From: a virus
Taxonomy: Duplodnaviria; Caudoviricetes
Reading direction: 5' to 3' (one strand)
Virus record (IMG/VR): IMGVR_UViG_3300028586_000003
Coordinates: 738 to 64,737 of that record
DNA length: 64,000 nucleotides
Part shown: in pieces, positions 1-9,798 of the stretch
Numbering within the stretch: the stretch's first letter is position 1
Layout: every line of letters starts with the position of its first letter
Translations under genes and position numbers: made by a program
The notes under the pieces: generated by a model
The model's database searches: none
What the model was told of the DNA's origin: nothing
Seen by the model: the letters and a program-made list of their open reading frames with translations, nothing else

Positions 1-2
1 GC

Positions 3-866
3 GACGACTTCGACGTCTGGCCGAGCCAAAAGCTGATCGCGAACGACTGCGAAATCAGCGTGGCAACGGTCAAGCGTCACCTGCAGGAACTGGTCGATGA
101 GGGCTACGTCAAGGTCATCGGACAGTTCGACACACGCACGAACAGCAAGACGGTCAACCGGTATCGGATCCAAGTTCGCAACCGCGCCGTGATGCCGAAG
201 GAGTTCGTAATCATCGAGCCGGAGGGCATAGCTCAACCTGATCCGGGGTATGGTGCAGGGATGAGCTTACCCATAGCTCAATCTGAACTGGGGGGTGAGT
301 TCACTCGTGAGCTAACAGAACCTACTAAATTAAGAACCTATCCCAATGAACCTAACCCCTCTCTTCCTTCGGAAGAGACACCCCCTGATGACTTGTTCGA
401 TAGCAATCTTCCTATGGTGATCGAGTCGAAACCGTCGATCATCGAATACGTCGACTCCGAGTGGAAGAAGCTGGTCGCCGAGTATCCGCGCACGGTTGGC
501 ATCCGGGTTTGGAACGACAGTCGCCGCAAGGGCGTAGCGAAGCGGGCGCAGGAGGGCGTTCGCGCATGGGGCGGGACCGTTGACGCCTACCAGATCTGGG
601 ACATGATCTTCGCGGCCGTTCGGGGCGACCGCTTCCTTCGGGGCGAGGCGGAACCAACTAGGGATTACCCGACAGCCTTCGCCCTCGAAATTGATACCAT
701 GCTCCGCCCGAAGTTTTTCGCCCGCACCCTCGAAAAGGCCGCCACCAATGAACTCGACAACATCCGTACCAGCGACCCTCGTACCGGACGCCAATTTGGG
801 GGCGGAGAGCAGGCTGCGCGTGCTGCGATCATACGCCTTCGGGCTGCTGGGCAATCGCGAGGATGA
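3..866 (+). CDS. Phage replication initiator with N-terminal helix-turn-helix (5' truncated by window)
   Basis: Frame is open to the window start: DDFDVWPSQKLIANDCEISVATVKRHLQELVDEG is a typical HTH_36-type initiator motif; internal repeats and AT-rich patch as in lambda O. Confidence 0.75.
   Translation, partial: DDFDVWPSQKLIANDCEISVATVKRHLQELVDEGYVKVIGQFDTRTNSKTVNRYRIQVRNRAVMPKEFVIIEPEGIAQPDPGYGAGMSLPIAQSELGGEFTRELTEPTKLRTYPNEPNPSLPSEETPPDDLFDSNLPMVIESKPSIIEYVDSEWKKLVAEYPRTVGIRVWNDSRRKGVAKRAQEGVRAWGGTVDAYQIWDMIFAAVRGDRFLRGEAEPTRDYPTAFALEIDTMLRPKFFARTLEKAATNELDNIRTSDPRTGRQFGGGEQAARAAIIRLRAAGQSRG
227..360. other. Candidate replication origin (iterons plus AT-rich tract) inside initiator gene
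   Basis: CATAGCTCAAyCTGA at 227-241 and 272-286, inverted TGAGCT(A) at 262 and 308, GAACCTA at 318, 334 and 348; locally AT-rich. Confidence 0.55.
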
Positions 867-1239
867 GGACGAAGTTCGGCAAGCCATCACCCCGGCGTTG
901 CTCGACGAACTGCCTGTCGCGCTGGAATCGATCCTGACGGATATGCTCCCCGCCAATCCGGAGTTGATCGCGATCGAGCTTGGGCGAATGGTCGGCATCA
1001 TCGGCCAGAATTGGCGACAGGCGGGCCGCGATGAGTTCGTACATCTCGTGACGCAAGAGTTGGCTGACTTCCCCGGCGCGTTGGTGCTCGACGCGTTGTC
1101 GCGTGCCCGCAAGCGCGTGACTGACGGCCGGTTGCTCCTCGCGTGGGTGTGCGACGATGTCGAGCCGAAGGCCGAGAAGCTGAAGATCGAGCGCGACAAG
1201 CTCACGAAGCTGATCGATCTGGCGTTGCCGGAGTCCTGA
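748..1239 (+). CDS. Hypothetical replication accessory protein (helicase-loader/P-like position)
   Basis: Helical ORF overlapping the initiator 3' end; function by synteny only; start uncertain (691 or 748). Confidence 0.4.
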   Translation: MNSTTSVPATLVPDANLGAESRLRVLRSYAFGLLGNREDEDEVRQAITPALLDELPVALESILTDMLPANPELIAIELGRMVGIIGQNWRQAGRDEFVHLVTQELADFPGALVLDALSRARKRVTDGRLLLAWVCDDVEPKAEKLKIERDKLTKLIDLALPES

Positions 1240-1240
1240 C

Positions 1241-1912
1241 GTGGGCGCGTCACCCAACCCGAATCGTCGGAGCGACATCGCGGCGGCCCTGAAGCGGGCA
1301 AAGCCGAACGACATGATTACGCTGGAGGATCTCGCCTTCATCTACGGGACGACGAAGGGCCCGTTCGTCACAGCGAAGAAACAGATGACCGGCATGCCCG
1401 CGCCGGTCCTGCAGGGGACGGTGCATACCTACCCGGCGCGCGCCGCTCTGCAGGCAATGCTCAACTACGAGAAGCGGAACGACGCGATCGCTGACGATCG
1501 GGCGAAGCGGACGAACGCCATCTTGGGCAACCTGGTCAAAGACCGGATGGATGAGACCGCATCGAACGCCCTGCCCGCGCGCGAACTGCAGATCCTCAAT
1601 CGCATGGCAACGGAGATCGAGGAGCGCGAGCGCAACCAACGCCTCTACATCCACGCGAGCGAGGTGTCGCAGACCGCCGGCGAGGTATTCAGCGAGCTTT
1701 CCGAATTTATGGCGGGCCTGTCGAACAAGATCGATCCGAACGGATTGCTCGATCCTGCCCTGCGCGCGGTGATCGATACGAACGGATCTGAAGCGCTGCT
1801 TGGCTTCCATAAGCGGTTGAAGCTATTGCTCGACGCCGATGTTCTCGCCGGATCTCCTGGAAGAGCGCATGATAGCGCTCGGAAACCACGCTCACGACGG
1901 AAGCGCACGTAG
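1241..1912 (+). CDS. Terminase small subunit (putative, Nu1-like)
   Basis: Immediately upstream of gpA; N-terminal HTH-like segment, helical C-terminus. Confidence 0.6.
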   Translation: MGASPNPNRRSDIAAALKRAKPNDMITLEDLAFIYGTTKGPFVTAKKQMTGMPAPVLQGTVHTYPARAALQAMLNYEKRNDAIADDRAKRTNAILGNLVKDRMDETASNALPARELQILNRMATEIEERERNQRLYIHASEVSQTAGEVFSELSEFMAGLSNKIDPNGLLDPALRAVIDTNGSEALLGFHKRLKLLLDADVLAGSPGRAHDSARKPRSRRKRT

Positions 1913-1934
1913 CGCATTCGCCTCTCGTCTGGAT

Positions 1935-3998
1935 ATGGCACTGCCTGTCCAGACGATTACGACCAAGGAATATGCGCGCACCAAGCGCATGATGGTCAAC
2001 CAGGGCGGCGAGCCGTTCAAATACGACGCGGCGAAGACCCCGTATTCGGACGGCATCATGGATGCCCTGGATCACCCGATGGTCCGGCTGGTCCTGGTCA
2101 AGGGCAACACCCGATCCGGTAAGACCGTAGCCGCCGAGAACTTCGCACTGAAGCGGTGGACCTACGGCCCGGCAACGAACGTCCTCTGGTTCGCGCAGGA
2201 CGAAGACAGCCTCAACGATTACATCGACGAACGCGGCGAAGAGATGCTGCGCATTCATCCCGAAGTGAACGAAAAGGTAAATTGGGGCGACCGCAAGTCC
2301 GGCCGTAAGCGCCGCGACATCGGTCGGTCGAAGATTTTCTACCGCCCTGCCACGATGCGCGCGCTGCGCATGAAGGCCGCGCCGCTGATCGTCGGGGATG
2401 AAATCGATGCGTGGACGCCGAAGGCGCGCGACGCCGCGCCGACGCTGCTCACCTCCCGCCAGGAAGAGTTCGGTTCGGCGGCGAAGGCGTTCCTCGCCAG
2501 TCACGCGGACGCCGGGCCGGACGGCGGCATCGACAAGCATCTGAAGGACTCGCTCCTTCACCTGTGGTGGGTCAACTGCCCGCACTGCAAGAATTCGATG
2601 TCGCCGGCGCAGGAGGCCGAAGAGACCGGCAAGCGCCTGTCGTGGAACGTCCCCGCGCTGATGGGGATGGCCGAAGGTATGGAGCGCCTCGACTTCCTCG
2701 AGATGGTTGCGAAGGAAGTTCGCCTCATCTGCCCGCACGACCAGTGCAAGGCACGATTCGACGCCGACCAGCGCAAGGAACTGATGGCGGGCGGCATGTG
2801 GCTACAGCCGCATCAACGTCTGATGCCCGACGGCACCGTGGAAGGCACGGCGCGGATGTCGACCATCATGGGCTTCGTCATTCACGCGTTCATGGCGCCG
2901 TTCGTGAAGCTCGGCGAAACCGCGCGCGACTGGGCCGCCGGCACGCTGGCGTTCGACGACACCGGGAACGACGTGCAGCTTCGCGAAGCCATCGTGAAGA
3001 AATTGGGCGAGACGTATTTCGGCGCCAAGGAAGACGAGATCGTCGAAGGGTTCAAAACGATCCAGGCTCGCCTCTCCTCGCGCTACGAACTCAAGACCGT
3101 GCCGTCCGGCGTGAAGTTCCTGACCGCGTTCGTCGACGTCCAGGGCGATCGATTCGAGGTGCGCGTCATCGGGTGGGATCTCGGCAAGCAGTCGTGGCTC
3201 ATCGACGCGTACGCAATCAAGCAGTGGCCGCGGTTCGGCGAGCACGGCGCGTTCGACAACATAGATCCCGGCGGCAAGCTGTCCGACTGGGATATCATCG
3301 AAGAGGCGGTGCTGACCAAGTCGTATCCGCTCGCAAGCAATCCGGAGCGGCTGGCGCGCGGCGAGCAGTCTCTGTTCATGCCGATCGCGCGCACGATGGT
3401 CGACGGCGTGGGTGTGCCAGGCGTGACCGCCAATGCTCGAGCATGGCTGTCGAACCTGATGGCGCGCAAGCCCGGCGGCACGAAGCGCGTCATCCCCGGC
3501 TACCGCGTGCAGCTAGTCCACGGCGCATCTTCGAAGAAGGCCCCGCTCTACGGCAAGCCTATGCCGGTCGAGGTCGACGACGTCGGCAAGCAGCGCACGA
3601 TCAAGATCTTCGAGCGCTATCCGAACGTGCATGAGATCAAGCGGATGATCTCTCGCCGCATGAAGGTCGAGACGCCGGGCCCGGGCCGCATGCACCTGCC
3701 CGCCACGATCTCGAAAAGGTACGCACGTGAGCTGGTCTCGGAACGCCTGACGAACGGCGACTGGCGCAAGATGCACCGCGACAACGAAACGTGGGATGCC
3801 TGGGTCATGTGCGAGGTCGCGCGCGAAACGCTGAAGCCTGACCGGCCCGAGCTTTGGAGCGACAACCAGAACCTGCCGGAGTGGGCGGATCCACGCCCGA
3901 AGGGGCAGGGCATCGACAATGAGCCGGTGGACGCGGTAAATCCGTTCGACCGTCTGGCCGCCATCAACGCCGGCATATCTGGGGAACTTGAACGATGA
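1935..3998 (+). CDS. terL: Terminase large subunit, lambda gpA family
   Basis: Walker A NTRSGKT, Walker B LIVGDEID, CPHC/CPHDQC zinc motifs, nuclease motifs LTAFVDVQGDRFEVRVIGW and NETWD; alternative start 1839. Confidence 0.92.
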   Translation: MALPVQTITTKEYARTKRMMVNQGGEPFKYDAAKTPYSDGIMDALDHPMVRLVLVKGNTRSGKTVAAENFALKRWTYGPATNVLWFAQDEDSLNDYIDERGEEMLRIHPEVNEKVNWGDRKSGRKRRDIGRSKIFYRPATMRALRMKAAPLIVGDEIDAWTPKARDAAPTLLTSRQEEFGSAAKAFLASHADAGPDGGIDKHLKDSLLHLWWVNCPHCKNSMSPAQEAEETGKRLSWNVPALMGMAEGMERLDFLEMVAKEVRLICPHDQCKARFDADQRKELMAGGMWLQPHQRLMPDGTVEGTARMSTIMGFVIHAFMAPFVKLGETARDWAAGTLAFDDTGNDVQLREAIVKKLGETYFGAKEDEIVEGFKTIQARLSSRYELKTVPSGVKFLTAFVDVQGDRFEVRVIGWDLGKQSWLIDAYAIKQWPRFGEHGAFDNIDPGGKLSDWDIIEEAVLTKSYPLASNPERLARGEQSLFMPIARTMVDGVGVPGVTANARAWLSNLMARKPGGTKRVIPGYRVQLVHGASSKKAPLYGKPMPVEVDDVGKQRTIKIFERYPNVHEIKRMISRRMKVETPGPGRMHLPATISKRYARELVSERLTNGDWRKMHRDNETWDAWVMCEVARETLKPDRPELWSDNQNLPEWADPRPKGQGIDNEPVDAVNPFDRLAAINAGISGELER

Positions 3999-4273
3999 AC
4001 TTGTGGGGCCCCGAATTCTTCGACGACGACGGGTTGATCGCGGAGATTAAACAGTATGCTTCCGCCCGACGCGAAGTGCGCGGCGGCAATCCTGCGCAGA
4101 TCGTTCGCAAGATCCAGGGCGAGGGGCGCTTGCTCGAATTCGCGGCTGTCGCTGACTCGATGAAGGGTCTCGACGCTGATCTTCGGGAGATGCTCGCTGA
4201 AGCCCGTCGCCGCGGGCTGGCAATCGGTGGTACGGGCGGCGGTGCTATCGCAGTGGAGATCGGTTACCCATGA
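3995..4273 (+). CDS. Head-tail joining protein, gpW-like
   Basis: 92 aa between terL and portal as in lambda. Confidence 0.55.
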   Translation: MNLWGPEFFDDDGLIAEIKQYASARREVRGGNPAQIVRKIQGEGRLLEFAAVADSMKGLDADLREMLAEARRRGLAIGGTGGGAIAVEIGYP

Positions 4274-6000
4274 ACATTACCTCGCCGATCGTCGACGGCG
4301 GCACCGCGCTAACTCTCGGGGTCGCGACCGCCAAGCCCGTCGCCGCCGAGACCGAGTCCATGATCTCCACAGTAAGCGGGATCGGAGCGCCTTGGGGCGG
4401 TTCGTTTGGCGGCGGTGGCAGCCTGTTCAAGAACATGGAGACCTTCCCCGGACAGGTGCTCTACACCCCGCCGAAGATGTCGGCGAAGCGCGAGGGGCAA
4501 ATCGCTCGCCGCGATTCCGTACGCGCCGGCCGCCATGCCGAGCGGACCAGCGAACACATCCGCGGCGGTATCGATCGTAAGACCGACATGGTGGTCGGCG
4601 CCACGCTCCGCGTCCACCCGCAACCGGACTGGGATCTGCTCGGTCTCAATGATGGTGAGGACGGTTGGAAAAAGAAGAAGCCGTTCGCGCAAGCATGCGC
4701 CCGGGAGTTCAATAACTGGGCGTACGATTCGCGCCTACTCCAGGACGCGGAGGGGCACTACAATTTCGGTGGCCTGATGTGGCTCGCGTTCCGCAACATC
4801 GTCGGCCCGGACGCCGAGTGTGCAGGGATCATCCACTACGACGAAGCGCGTATGGCGGCTTACAAAGCGCGGTGGGCAACCTACGTCACGATCCTCGATC
4901 CCGATCGCATTCAGACCCCCGCGGACCAGGTCGGCAACCCGAATGTCTTCGAGGGTAAGAAGCTCGATAAGGACGGGCGCATGGTCGGCTTTTGGGTGAC
5001 GAAGGATCACCCGAGCGACGGCATCACGTCGATCGAGGACTCGAAGCCGGTCTACGTTCCGCGCGAAACCGACTGGGGGCGCGCGATCGGCTTCCACTGG
5101 TTCATGAAGACTCGCGGCGGTCAGATGCGAGGGGTGACCAACCTCACGACGGTCATGCGCAAGACGGGCATGCTTGACGGGTTCGACGATGCCTATCTCG
5201 GCGCGGCCGTCGTCAACCAGGTGCTGTCCAACTACATCGAAACGATGGCTTCGCCGGAGACGGTGGCGGAGCAACTTGCGCCGCAGGGCGGGGGCGTGTC
5301 GGCGTGGGATAGCAAGCTCGGCTACTACGAGAAGGCCAAGATCCGGATTGGCGGCGTCCGCATCCCCGTGATGCCGCCGGGCGACAAGGTCATGATGACG
5401 GCGGTCAACCGCGCCATCGGCGACCCGTCGGCGTTCCGCAATGGCTTCCTGCGCGAGTTCGCGTCCGCGCTCGGGATCTCCTTCGAGCAGCTTTCGCTCA
5501 ACTTCAGTGATGCCAACTACAGCGCGGCCCGTGCGGCGCTCCTCGAGGTGTGGCGCGGCGTCCTGACACAGCGCAAGTTCTTCACCGCTCACGTTGCGAG
5601 CCTGATCTATGCCGCCGTCATCGAAGAAGCGATCGCCCGCGGCCGGATCGAGATGCCGGAAGGCGCTCCGCCGTTCCAGGAGAACCGCGCCGCCTACACC
5701 GCCTGTTCGTGGACCGGACCCGGCATGGGCTGGATCGATCCGCAGAAGGAGGCGAACGCGATCAAGACGATGCTCGAGATCAAGCTGAAGAGCCGCCAGC
5801 AAGCCGCGGCCGAGATGGACGGCGGCGACTATCTCGAGACGTTCGACCAGATCGAGCAGGAGCGCTTCGAGGCGGAGGAACGCGGGTTCGACCTCGACCC
5901 GCTGGCGCCGGGCACGCCAGACTCCGCGGCGGCCGAAGAGGACGATGACGACGATGAGATCAAGCCCACGCCGAAGCCGGCTCCGGCCAACCAGGAGTAA
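4270..6000 (+). CDS. Portal protein, lambda gpB family
   Basis: NYSAARAALLE and GMGWIDPQKEA motifs; position. Confidence 0.92.
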   Translation: MNITSPIVDGGTALTLGVATAKPVAAETESMISTVSGIGAPWGGSFGGGGSLFKNMETFPGQVLYTPPKMSAKREGQIARRDSVRAGRHAERTSEHIRGGIDRKTDMVVGATLRVHPQPDWDLLGLNDGEDGWKKKKPFAQACAREFNNWAYDSRLLQDAEGHYNFGGLMWLAFRNIVGPDAECAGIIHYDEARMAAYKARWATYVTILDPDRIQTPADQVGNPNVFEGKKLDKDGRMVGFWVTKDHPSDGITSIEDSKPVYVPRETDWGRAIGFHWFMKTRGGQMRGVTNLTTVMRKTGMLDGFDDAYLGAAVVNQVLSNYIETMASPETVAEQLAPQGGGVSAWDSKLGYYEKAKIRIGGVRIPVMPPGDKVMMTAVNRAIGDPSAFRNGFLREFASALGISFEQLSLNFSDANYSAARAALLEVWRGVLTQRKFFTAHVASLIYAAVIEEAIARGRIEMPEGAPPFQENRAAYTACSWTGPGMGWIDPQKEANAIKTMLEIKLKSRQQAAAEMDGGDYLETFDQIEQERFEAEERGFDLDPLAPGTPDSAAAEEDDDDDEIKPTPKPAPANQE

Positions 6001-6003
6001 GCT

Positions 6004-6915
6004 ATGACGTTCTACACCCCCCGGGCGGCGCGCACGCTCCTCAACACACCAGTTGCAATGCACGATCGCCAGGTGATGATGCTCCGCTCCGCACTACTCG
6101 GCGAGAACGGAGGCTTGTCGCGCGTGCGCGGTACGGCGACGATTCCGGAAGTCGAGGCATCGGCCGCGCTCGCATCGATCCGCGGGTTCGGCGGCGCTGA
6201 CAGCGCGGGTCGCAGTCGGCCGTATCAGATATCGACGACCGGCATCGCGCTCCTCGAGGTCGTCGGGGATCTCGTGCCGACGTGCGACATTTGGGATCGG
6301 ATCTTCGGTGGCGTCACCAGCTACGACGACATCAAGCATCAGATCCTGTTCGCCAATGAGGACAGCGAATGCCGCGGGATCTTCATCAAGTTCAAGAGCG
6401 GCGGCGGCCTGGTCGATGAGATGATCGAGTGCGGCGACTTCATCCACGCCATGTCGGCGCGCAACGGCGGGAAGCCGATCTACGCGTACGCCGCAGACTC
6501 CGCCTACAGCGCGGCGTATCTCCTGTTCGCCGCGTGCGACAAGGGTTTCTGTGGTGAGACCGGGGGTGTCGGATCGATAGGCGTGAAGGCGATGTATTTC
6601 GATCTCTCGCGCCACCTCACAGAGGAAGGGATCGACGTTACCGTGTTCCGGTCGACTCCCGGCAAGGCGCTGGCGAGCGGTGTCGAACCCCTCGACGAAA
6701 CCGAAGAAGAGCGCATCCAGGGCCAGATTGATTATCTCGGGAGCGTCTTCGTTAAGCGGGTCGCGACGTATATGCCGAGCCTCACACAACAGGCTGTAGC
6801 GCAAACGCTCGGATACGATTATCTAGGGCCTCGCGCCAAGGCCATCGGCTTAGTAAATGATGTTATGTCCATGCCCGAAGCGTGGGCGAAACTAGAGCGT
6901 CGTATCGCTCGCTAA
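6004..6915 (+). CDS. Head maturation protease, S49 family (gpC-like)
   Basis: SGGG, AYSAAY and GSIGV motifs. Confidence 0.88.
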   Translation: MTFYTPRAARTLLNTPVAMHDRQVMMLRSALLGENGGLSRVRGTATIPEVEASAALASIRGFGGADSAGRSRPYQISTTGIALLEVVGDLVPTCDIWDRIFGGVTSYDDIKHQILFANEDSECRGIFIKFKSGGGLVDEMIECGDFIHAMSARNGGKPIYAYAADSAYSAAYLLFAACDKGFCGETGGVGSIGVKAMYFDLSRHLTEEGIDVTVFRSTPGKALASGVEPLDETEEERIQGQIDYLGSVFVKRVATYMPSLTQQAVAQTLGYDYLGPRAKAIGLVNDVMSMPEAWAKLERRIAR

Positions 6916-6930
6916 CGAAGGGCCTGTTCA

Positions 6931-7518
6931 ATGTCTCATAAGCTTCTGTCTGCCGCCGCGCTCAAGCTCCCCGCCGCGGGTGCCGCTGCTCCGGCGCTTG
7001 TTGTTCCGACCGCGCCGGCGGCTGCTGCCGCTCCTGCAGCTTCCGCAGACGGCGAGATCGATGTCGTGACCGTCGCCGACGCACAGAATGCAATCCGCGA
7101 AGCCGAAGTCAACGCCGCTACCGCCGAGCGCACGCGCACTTCGACCGTGCTCGCCAGCGCAAGCGGCGTGAAGCATCCGGCGATGGCCGCGTTCATGCTG
7201 GCGAACAATCCGAACGCCAGTGCTGACGCGATCGTCGCTCACCTCGACAAGCTCCCGGAGCCGACGGCCGCTGCACCTGCGCCGGCACCTGCGCCCGCGC
7301 CAGCGCCGGTCCCTGCTCCGGCTCCCGGTGCGATGACGACCCCGCTTGCGAACACGCCGATCCTAGACGTCGGTGCCGCCCCGAATTTGGGCGAGACCGG
7401 TGCATCGCAGACGGACATCGACAAGGGTTGGGATACGGCCATCGCCGGCACCGCCGCTGGCAACACCAACAAGTTCGGCGCGGATATCGCCCCGGGTCTA
7501 CCGCGCACCGGCAACTGA
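6931..7518 (+). CDS. Capsid scaffolding protein (Nu3-like)
   Basis: Ala/Pro-rich with PAPAPAP linker, between protease and decoration protein. Confidence 0.55.
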   Translation: MSHKLLSAAALKLPAAGAAAPALVVPTAPAAAAAPAASADGEIDVVTVADAQNAIREAEVNAATAERTRTSTVLASASGVKHPAMAAFMLANNPNASADAIVAHLDKLPEPTAAAPAPAPAPAPAPVPAPAPGAMTTPLANTPILDVGAAPNLGETGASQTDIDKGWDTAIAGTAAGNTNKFGADIAPGLPRTGN

Positions 7519-7549
7519 TCGCCGCGGCTAACTCTAGAAGGGACTGAAC

Positions 7550-7939
7550 ATGGCACTGCCAATTCGCGACAATATCCCGCTCGATGGCATGGGCGACGGC
7601 GCCTATCTCATCGGCAATTTCGACAACAACCGTACCAACGCGCAGGTCATGCTTGGCGTGAAGGCTACGGACTATTTGCCCGGCACCGTGCTCGGCAAGA
7701 TCACGGCTACCGGCATCTACGTGCCGCTGGCTCCCGCCGCCGCCGATGGCTCGCAGAACTTTGCGGGCATCAACTATTCGCGTCGTCCGGCCGCTACGGT
7801 CGCGCAGCGCGGTGCGGCAACGGTCCGTGAGGCCACGCTGAATTCGAACCTGCTCTACTACGAGAACGCGGTCACCGCGGCGCAGAAGACGGCGATCGAA
7901 GCGCAGATGGCAGTGCAGGGCATCATCACCGGCTACTAG
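7550..7939 (+). CDS. Head decoration protein (gpD-like)
   Basis: YLPGTVLGKITATGIYVPLAPAAADGSQ motif; precedes capsid gene. Confidence 0.82.
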   Translation: MALPIRDNIPLDGMGDGAYLIGNFDNNRTNAQVMLGVKATDYLPGTVLGKITATGIYVPLAPAAADGSQNFAGINYSRRPAATVAQRGAATVREATLNSNLLYYENAVTAAQKTAIEAQMAVQGIITGY

Positions 7940-8007
7940 GTTCGCCTGGTAGCAACACAGGGGCTTTGTCGCGGGGAGGTTCCTCCGACAGCACAAGGAA
8001 AGACTAA

Positions 8008-9072
8008 ATGGACCTCTCTCTCGACATCCTCCGTAACGACACGTTCTCGTATGTGAACCTGCAGCGTGTCGCCGGCTCCACCACTTACGTCCCCCAGACG
8101 CTCGGGCGTATGGCGCTGTTCACGCCACAGCCGATCGTCGGCAACATCGTGCATCTGTACGAGGAAGACAGCGTGATCCGCCTGGTCCCGACGACCGAGA
8201 TGGGCACGCCAGACATCCGCATCATCCCGGATGTCGGCCGGATGCGCGCCCTGAAGACGACTCGCCTCGCGCAGGTCACTTCGGTCCGTGCAGCCGAGCT
8301 AGTCGGTATTGCCAACACCAATCTGCCCGACGCGATCCGCGTTCGGAATGCGCAGCAGATCCTCACCAAGCGCACCGCCAAGATGAAGAGCAACCTGGAA
8401 TATACGAAGGAGCTTCACCGCTTCGGCGCGATCCAGGGCAAGTTGCTCGACGCCGACGGCACCCGCGTCATCGCCGACTATTTCGACCTGTTCGGCTTGT
8501 CGCAGCCCGCGCTGATTGACGTCGATTTCCCGAACATCCCGGAAGAGCAGTTGCTGCAGTTTTTCCAGGACACGTTCTTGCGTCCGAGCCTGATCGCGCT
8601 TCAGGATGGCGGTCGCGCCACCCCGGGCATGTATTACGCCTCGATCGTTGGCGACGGCTTCTGGGCCAAGCTGATGACGCACAAGGGCTTCCGCGAGATC
8701 TACAAGCTGCAGATGAACGCGCAGGCTGTAGCGCGTGCGGCGAACCCGCTGGTTGTTCCGAATATGTGGATGGAAGTCGACTTCGCCGGTATCCGGTGGA
8801 TCAACTACCAGGGCACCCGGACGACCGATATCGCCGTACCGTTCAACGAAGCTCGCTTCTTCCCGGTCGGTGCGCAGGACGTGTTCGAAGTCTACTGGGG
8901 TTCGGGCGAAACCCTGCAGGATGCAACGGAGCCCGGTCAGCCCGAGTTCCTCTACATCCAGCCCGATACGCGTGACCAGATGCCGTCGTTCGTCGACGCG
9001 TTCCTGCGCGCATATCCGCTGTATGCCTGCATCTTCCCGAAGGCGCTCGCCCGCGCTCGCGTGAAGCCGTAA
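8008..9072 (+). CDS. Major capsid protein, lambda gpE family
   Basis: 354 aa; ELHRFGAIQGKLLDADGT and DYFDLFG motifs. Confidence 0.9.
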   Translation: MDLSLDILRNDTFSYVNLQRVAGSTTYVPQTLGRMALFTPQPIVGNIVHLYEEDSVIRLVPTTEMGTPDIRIIPDVGRMRALKTTRLAQVTSVRAAELVGIANTNLPDAIRVRNAQQILTKRTAKMKSNLEYTKELHRFGAIQGKLLDADGTRVIADYFDLFGLSQPALIDVDFPNIPEEQLLQFFQDTFLRPSLIALQDGGRATPGMYYASIVGDGFWAKLMTHKGFREIYKLQMNAQAVARAANPLVVPNMWMEVDFAGIRWINYQGTRTTDIAVPFNEARFFPVGAQDVFEVYWGSGETLQDATEPGQPEFLYIQPDTRDQMPSFVDAFLRAYPLYACIFPKALARARVKP

Positions 9073-9073
9073 G

Positions 9074-9145
9074 CATCCATCTGATGGATGGTAGCATCGA
9101 TGCTATGATCCGTTGAAACGAGGCCCGGGTGCGCGCAACATCCGG
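9074..9145 (+). promoter_or_regulatory. Palindrome/hairpin cluster after capsid gene (terminator or mRNA stabiliser)
   Basis: CATCCAT/ATGGATG 9074-9090, perfect 14-bp palindrome TAGCATCGATGCTA 9092-9105, GAGGCCCGGGTG/CATCCGGGCCTC stem. Confidence 0.5.
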
Positions 9146-9172
9146 GCCTCTCTCGTAAGGAAGGAGCGCATC

Positions 9173-9727
9173 GTGATCGTCAACGCAACTCAACTCCCAG
9201 GCGAAGGCCGGAGCATGATCCCCAAGATCGCAACGAAGGCGAAGGCTTTCGGCGTGTTCAACAGCCCGACGGATGGTCAGATGATCTACGTCGATCCGAA
9301 CCACGACGACGAAAAGCATCACTCGCCCAAGCTCACCGAAGCCGAAGCGAAGGTCGCATTCGAGCGCGGCCTGATCGAGGATCCGGCCGAAGCGTCGAAG
9401 GTCGAGGAAGACGAAGAGAAGGAAGCCGGCGAAGGTACGGATCCGAACTCGATCGAGAACATCGGCGCCGCCAAGTCGGAAGAATTCTCCGGCGAGGATA
9501 CCAAGGGCCCCGGCGGCGATGTCGTCGCTACGCGCAGCACGACCGCATGGCCGGACGCTGCTCGCGTCGAAGGTGGCGCAGAGGGCTTCACCGACAACGT
9601 CCGCGTTGCCGAGACGCCGCCGGCGCCGACTGACATCGATACGGACAGCGGGGACGCTGATGCACCTCCCGCCCCGACGCGGCGTCGTGCAGCGGCACCG
9701 AAGACCAACACCGCGCCGACCAGCTAA
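9173..9727 (+). CDS. Acidic hypothetical protein (gpFI-like position)
   Basis: Low-complexity ORF after capsid; start 9173 (GTG after AGGAG) or 9215. Confidence 0.5.
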   Translation: MIVNATQLPGEGRSMIPKIATKAKAFGVFNSPTDGQMIYVDPNHDDEKHHSPKLTEAEAKVAFERGLIEDPAEASKVEEDEEKEAGEGTDPNSIENIGAAKSEEFSGEDTKGPGGDVVATRSTTAWPDAARVEGGAEGFTDNVRVAETPPAPTDIDTDSGDADAPPAPTRRRAAAPKTNTAPTS

Positions 9728-9753
9728 ACGCTCGGTCCAAGTCGTGTTATGGG

Positions 9754-9786
9754 AAGCCGTCGGGGGAAACTCCGGCGGCTTTTTCT
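9754..9786 (+). terminator. Rho-independent terminator
   Basis: AAGCCGTCGG/CCGGCGGCTT stem, GAAA loop, U tract. Confidence 0.8.
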
Positions 9787-9798
9787 ATGGAGACGAAG

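Noticed and set aside
1200-1260. cos site upstream of terS
   Set aside because: Only 1 bp intergenic; no cosQ-like or AT-rich repeat structure
7261-7330. Tandem repeat-like DNA
   Set aside because: Explained by the Pro-Ala linker of the scaffold protein
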